In this document: positions 59,544 to 64,000 of the stretch, in pieces
Position numbering within the stretch: position 1 is the first letter of the stretch
Layout: each line of letters starts with the position of its first letter
Virus record (IMG/VR): IMGVR_UViG_3300020558_000001
DNA length: 64,000 nucleotides
Strand: one strand, 5' to 3'
From: an uncultured virus (IMG/VR IMGVR_UViG_3300020558_000001)
Lineage: Duplodnaviria > Heunggongvirae > Uroviricota > Caudoviricetes
Notes under the pieces: model-generated
What the model was told of the DNA's origin: nothing
Seen by the model: the letters and a program-made list of their open reading frames with translations, nothing else
Database searches by the model: none
Made by a program: the position numbers and the translations under genes

Positions 59544-60634
59544 ATTTCATAGAAGCATTTAAAGAGGGTCAGCAAGGAAATAACAAAGGTTTACCAACAG
59601 GTCTTATTCCATTAGACAGAGCAATAGATGGAGTACAAAAAAAAGCTATATATGGTGTAGCTGCAGGTCCAAAAGTTGGTAAATCTACACTCGTAGATTT
59701 TGCATTTGTTATTCATCCTATACTTTATTGCTTAGAACATAAAATACCAATCCACCTTATTTACTTTTCTTACGAAATTGACAGAGTCAAAAAAGAATTT
59801 GACTTTGCATCATTCTTTTTCTACTATGATTATCAAATTGATACTGTTGAGTATAATGGAATAGAATATCCTATGTCTGCAAGATATTTATTGGGTAAAC
59901 TACAAGATGCTCAAGGTGAAATTATTCCTGTATCTAAAGACCATCAGCAAAAGTTATCTACAATCTATAAAACAAGAATTATTCCTCTTTTTGGTGAATA
60001 TGACGTTAAAGGTCATAAAGTAACAGAAGGTGTAATTCAGTTTTTAGAAGATAGAGATAATCCAACAGGTATGAGAAATACTATTCTTGCCTATGCTAAA
60101 CAGAATGGTAATTTTCAATTCCAAGAATATGAAACAACAGAAGACTCTAAGAAAGTAAAGAAACAAAGATTGATAGGTTATGTACCTAAAGACAAAGATA
60201 AGAGAACTATAATTATTACTGACCATATTCGTAAACTTAAAAGGGAAAGAGGTTTCTCTATGAAAGAGAACATGGACAAATGGATAGAATACACAGTAGA
60301 ACTCAGAAACTTCTGTCATTTTACATTTGTACACATTGTTCATCTTAATAGGTCTATTTCTAATATAGAAAGACTTAAGTTTAATGGTGAGTATATTTAT
60401 CCTACAGGTGAAGATGTAAAAGATTCAGGTAATCTATCAGAAGAATGTGATTATCTGCTTACACTCTTTAATCCTACTGATGAGAAATATGGATTAACTA
60501 CACATTTTGGATATGTCCTTGAAGAATATCCTAATTATAGGTCTATCCATTTAGTAGAATCTCGTGATACAGAATGTCCAATGCATTTAGCAGTACAAAT
60601 GAAAGGTAATGTAAAACAATTTAAACCAATTTAA
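59540..60634 (+). CDS. DnaB-like (SF4) replicative helicase
   Basis: GLPTG...LD, Walker A AGPKVGKST, YFSYEI, IITDH, HLNR and KDSGNLSEECD. Confidence 0.85.
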   Translation: MNFIEAFKEGQQGNNKGLPTGLIPLDRAIDGVQKKAIYGVAAGPKVGKSTLVDFAFVIHPILYCLEHKIPIHLIYFSYEIDRVKKEFDFASFFFYYDYQIDTVEYNGIEYPMSARYLLGKLQDAQGEIIPVSKDHQQKLSTIYKTRIIPLFGEYDVKGHKVTEGVIQFLEDRDNPTGMRNTILAYAKQNGNFQFQEYETTEDSKKVKKQRLIGYVPKDKDKRTIIITDHIRKLKRERGFSMKENMDKWIEYTVELRNFCHFTFVHIVHLNRSISNIERLKFNGEYIYPTGEDVKDSGNLSEECDYLLTLFNPTDEKYGLTTHFGYVLEEYPNYRSIHLVESRDTECPMHLAVQMKGNVKQFKPI

Positions 60635-60636
60635 TT

Positions 60637-60888
60637 ATGACAGCACCAAAAGGTTATTATCGCAATTTAATTTCTGATTCTAATATTAGAATTGCTTTTA
60701 CTCATACACCAATGTATGGTGTTACAAAAATAGATAGCACTAAAGTTATCGAAGAATTAGAACAATCTACTGATGAGTATGCTCAATACTATATCAATGG
60801 ATTAAAAAATGGTCAAATGGTTACTATAGTTGAAAACTCACATAGTGATAGATATTTTGTACCAGGAGAATTATATTTCAAATCTTAA
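60637..60888 (+). CDS. Hypothetical protein
   Basis: 83-aa ORF tightly packed in the operon. Confidence 0.55.
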   Translation: MTAPKGYYRNLISDSNIRIAFTHTPMYGVTKIDSTKVIEELEQSTDEYAQYYINGLKNGQMVTIVENSHSDRYFVPGELYFKS

Positions 60889-60898
60889 AACAACAACA

Positions 60899-61603
60899 AT
60901 GGCAAAAATTATGGTAATTGCAGAAAGTGGTTTTGGTAAATCTACTGCTATCTGCCCAAGTGAAGAACTTGGAATTAAGGGTTTAGACCCTAATACTACT
61001 TTTGTAGTGAATGTTAGTTCTAAAGATTTACCTGCAAGAGGTTGGAAAAAGCTATATAAGCATATTCAAGGTAAAGACCTTAGTTCAGGTAATTATGTAG
61101 AAACTAACAATGGTTTAGATATAGCTGGTCTTATAAGCATTTTGAATGAGAAGAAACCTGAAGTTACTACACTAATTATTGATGATTTTCAGTACATTAT
61201 GGCTGATTATTATATGGATAAAGCTAAAACAGCAGGTTTTGATAAATTTCAAGACATTGGTTATTTTACAGGTCAAATCTTTAAAGCTATCCAAAAGTTT
61301 AAAGGTCATGTAATAGTACTTACTCACCCTGAAGAAGTTCAAGGTAATTTTGGTACTACATACAAGGCTAAAACTGCTGGTAAAATGATTGACCAATATA
61401 TTACTATGGAGGGTAAATTTGACATTGTCCTTTATGGTGCTCAAGATTATGATTCTAAAGCAAAAAAAGCTATAAAGCAATTTGTAACTAATTATGATGG
61501 TAGATATCCTGCAAAATCTGCACCTGGAATGTTACCATTATTAATGCTTAATGATTTGGGATTAGTTGTTGAACTTGTAAATAAATATTATGAAGGAGAA
61601 TAA
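60899..61603 (+). CDS. AAA ATPase (Sak4/AAA_24-like recombination NTPase)
   Basis: Start re-called to ATG 60899; AESGFGKS, LIIDDFQY, KTAGKM and EGKFDIVL motifs. Confidence 0.8.
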   Translation: MAKIMVIAESGFGKSTAICPSEELGIKGLDPNTTFVVNVSSKDLPARGWKKLYKHIQGKDLSSGNYVETNNGLDIAGLISILNEKKPEVTTLIIDDFQYIMADYYMDKAKTAGFDKFQDIGYFTGQIFKAIQKFKGHVIVLTHPEEVQGNFGTTYKAKTAGKMIDQYITMEGKFDIVLYGAQDYDSKAKKAIKQFVTNYDGRYPAKSAPGMLPLLMLNDLGLVVELVNKYYEGE

Positions 61604-61704
61604 GAAAAGACCAAGAGTCAAAATTGAAAAGAAACAATACACATTAGTATATAGTGTACAACCAACTAAACAATAATTTTTTAACTATTTTAATTTTTTA
61701 AACA

Positions 61705-61992
61705 ATGCAAATCAAAATTTCAGAAATTCTCAATGACCTAACTAATGGTCAAACAAGACAACAGATTAAAGAAAAGTACAATCTTAGTACTGCTCAACTT
61801 AAATCTGTATTTGCTCATCCACTTCTTAAGGGTAGAAAGACTAAGAAAGTAGAACAACCTATTGACTTAGTAGATGACATTAGTGCAGTAGATACAAGAC
61901 CTGCTTATGCAATAGTAGAACCACAACCTGTTGTAGAAACAGTTAGACCTGCATTAGTAGATGATGCAAATGATGATAACTTGTTTAGCTAA
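61705..61992 (+). CDS. Small HTH-like protein
   Basis: ILNDLTNGQTRQQIKEKYNLSTAQLKSVF; terminator at 61997-62022. Confidence 0.55.
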   Translation: MQIKISEILNDLTNGQTRQQIKEKYNLSTAQLKSVFAHPLLKGRKTKKVEQPIDLVDDISAVDTRPAYAIVEPQPVVETVRPALVDDANDDNLFS

Positions 61993-62045
61993 ATTAAGGG
62001 AGGTAGCTCCTCCCTTTTATTCTTTAATTCTATAAAAACATAATT

Positions 62046-62828
62046 ATGTACGGTTATAATAATGATGAGAAATCATCAGGTTCAGCAAGTTTTGGTCTTA
62101 ATCAAGGAGTCTTTATGACTAAATTTGAGTTTAATCCAAATGGTGGTAAAGATGGAGCAGCACAAGAATGCTTAGATATCACATTTGAATTTCCAGGTGG
62201 TGCTGTAAGAAACTACAGACAATTTCCTGTAACTCAAGCAGTTGATAAAGATGGTAACAAGATTACTAATCCTAAAAGCAAAGAGATGATTGCAGCATTT
62301 AATGAGTTTAACTCAAAGATTACTCAAATCATGAAATGTTATGTTACTGAAGAAGTTCTTAAAAGAGAACTTGCAGCAGCTAATAATTTTAAATCTTTTT
62401 GTCATATCTTAAGCAATACTTTGCCTAAAGAATTTGCTGAAATTCCAGTTGATGTTTTTTGTCAGTATCAATGGCAACCTAAAACTGATGGTGAAACTAA
62501 GTATTTGGAAATACCTAAAAATGTGAAGCAAGGTAAAGTATTTGCTGCAGCTGAAGAAGGTAATTTTAAACCAGTTAACATCAATAAGGAAGCAGGTGTT
62601 GTTACTTACAATGGTAATGAATATCCTTTAACAGTAAATGGTAAGAGTGCAAGTTTCACTATTGGTGAAAAGACATTCAACATTGGTTCTGATAAAGGAT
62701 TGATTTATATTGCTAAAGTAGGTGATGAAATCAAAACTCATAGTATTACAAGAACTGGATGGTTTATGGATTCCAATTGGGCAAAAACAACAAATGAAGA
62801 TGCTCCAATTCAATCTTCTTGGGATTAA
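62046..62828 (+). CDS. Putative ssDNA-binding protein
   Basis: Lies between the Sak4-like ATPase and primase; acidic/aromatic C-terminal tail. Function inferred from context. Confidence 0.45.
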   Translation: MYGYNNDEKSSGSASFGLNQGVFMTKFEFNPNGGKDGAAQECLDITFEFPGGAVRNYRQFPVTQAVDKDGNKITNPKSKEMIAAFNEFNSKITQIMKCYVTEEVLKRELAAANNFKSFCHILSNTLPKEFAEIPVDVFCQYQWQPKTDGETKYLEIPKNVKQGKVFAAAEEGNFKPVNINKEAGVVTYNGNEYPLTVNGKSASFTIGEKTFNIGSDKGLIYIAKVGDEIKTHSITRTGWFMDSNWAKTTNEDAPIQSSWD

Positions 62829-62850
62829 TTAACCATAAAATCTTAATGCT

Positions 62851-63807
62851 ATGTATGGCTATCATGAACAACTCACAATCGAAGAAATATTTTTGAAAGT
62901 AAATCAAAAAGAAATCTTTACTCATGTTTTTGGTAAGTTTCAAGTAGGAGAGTACTTAGTATCTCCATTTAGAAATGATGATAGTCCAGGATGTTGGATT
63001 CAATGGCATAATGGAAAGTTATACTTTACTGATTTTGGTTCATATCATGCTAATTTAGACATGATTGGCATTATTCAGCTAAAGTATAATTTTTCATTTA
63101 AAGAAGCCTTAGACTTTGTTGCTAATTTTAAATGTGATGAGGAACCTGAATATATACAGCAGGCAATTACAGTATCAAAATCCAATTCTTTATGTTTGGA
63201 ATTTTGTCCTAAGCTATTTGATGATTATCATAAAACATATTGGTCACAATATGAGATAACATCTAAACAACTAATTCAAGATAACATATTTGCAACCAAA
63301 TGGTATAAAGTTAATGAGCATTATTTTTTTCCTAATGCAGCAGATACTACTTATACAATATCATTTGTTACTGATGCTAAAATCAAAATTTGTAATCCTA
63401 AATATTCCAGAAAAGGTAAATGGGTTACAAATGCAAATCAAAATGTTATTGGTGGAACATCACAATTACCATTTTTAGGTGAAACTCTTTATATCACTAA
63501 GTCTTATAAGGATTGGAGAGTACTCAAAAACATAGGAATAGAATCTGTTATATATTTTCAGAATGAGGGTATGTTACCTGATATGAACATACTTAGTATT
63601 TATTTAAATGCATTTTCAGATGTTATTATTTTATTTGATAATGATGAGCCTGGTATTAATGCATCTAAAAAAGTTCAAGAATATATTAATGGTGAATTTT
63701 CCAACAAAGCATCTTATTTAACACTTCCTACTAAGGAAAAAGACCCTGCTGATATTATTAAAGCAGGTAATAAATTACAATTAACTAATTTTTTAAATTT
63801 AAAGTAA
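62851..63807 (+). CDS. DnaG-type primase (Toprim)
   Basis: SPFRNDDSPGC...FTDFG N-terminal domain; LYITKSYKD and FDNDEPG Toprim motifs. Confidence 0.88.
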   Translation: MYGYHEQLTIEEIFLKVNQKEIFTHVFGKFQVGEYLVSPFRNDDSPGCWIQWHNGKLYFTDFGSYHANLDMIGIIQLKYNFSFKEALDFVANFKCDEEPEYIQQAITVSKSNSLCLEFCPKLFDDYHKTYWSQYEITSKQLIQDNIFATKWYKVNEHYFFPNAADTTYTISFVTDAKIKICNPKYSRKGKWVTNANQNVIGGTSQLPFLGETLYITKSYKDWRVLKNIGIESVIYFQNEGMLPDMNILSIYLNAFSDVIILFDNDEPGINASKKVQEYINGEFSNKASYLTLPTKEKDPADIIKAGNKLQLTNFLNLK

Positions 63808-64000
63808 TGAGAAAAGTAAAAGTTTATTCAACAGCTTTTGGTTTAAAAGCTATTAATTCTGCAGCAACAACTTGGGGTGAACTTCAAGATGATTTATCTA
63901 CTGCCAATGTTACATTTGGTAATATGAATGCTGTAGAAAATGTAGGTAATACTACACTTGTATTGAAAGAAGCAAAATTACCTGATGGTGAGTTTGTACT
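63807..64000 (+). CDS. Partial gene, possible beta-grasp (ubiquitin-like) protein
   Basis: ATG overlaps the primase stop; MRKVKVYSTAFGLKAINSAATTWGELQDDL...KLPDGEF; runs off the window. Confidence 0.55.
   Translation, partial: MRKVKVYSTAFGLKAINSAATTWGELQDDLSTANVTFGNMNAVENVGNTTLVLKEAKLPDGEFV

Noticed and set aside
60044..63478. Minus-strand or nested ORFs 60044-60343, 61172-61480, 62628-62813 and 63290-63478
   Set aside because: Shadows of well-supported replication genes.
1..64000. Stop-codon reassignment as seen in some crAss-like phages
   Set aside because: Genes are full length and tightly packed in standard code; TAG (e.g. MCP, 40337 gene) and TGA both act as real stops.

Overview
AT-rich segment of a crAss-like (Crassvirales-type, phi14:2-like) podovirus genome with a probable Bacteroidota host, read in standard genetic code. 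Minus strand 1-51865 is the late/virion module: a giant virion RNA polymerase polyprotein (8760 to beyond the left edge, missed by the ORF track, with RIP and DFDVDK motifs), three large cargo proteins, muzzle/ring/hub/fibre tail genes, major capsid, scaffold, portal, terminase and amidase endolysin. Plus strand from ~52140 holds small early genes, a ~850-nt structured non-coding region and a replication module (PolB, SF2 helicase, DnaB-like helicase, AAA ATPase, primase). Best leads: (1) a twister-ribozyme-like RNA with a large P5 insertion, next to a second RNA that has a similar stem order but a different core; (2) a repeated C-rich 29-mer at the head of early units, a candidate virion-RNAP promoter; (3) a 2136-aa cargo protein divided by ten xxGG motifs and carrying two HExxH zincin modules and an outer-membrane beta-barrel-like domain; (4) AlkB-like and degenerate zincin domains fused to the virion RNAP. 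All calls come from motif reading and gene order only; no searches were run.
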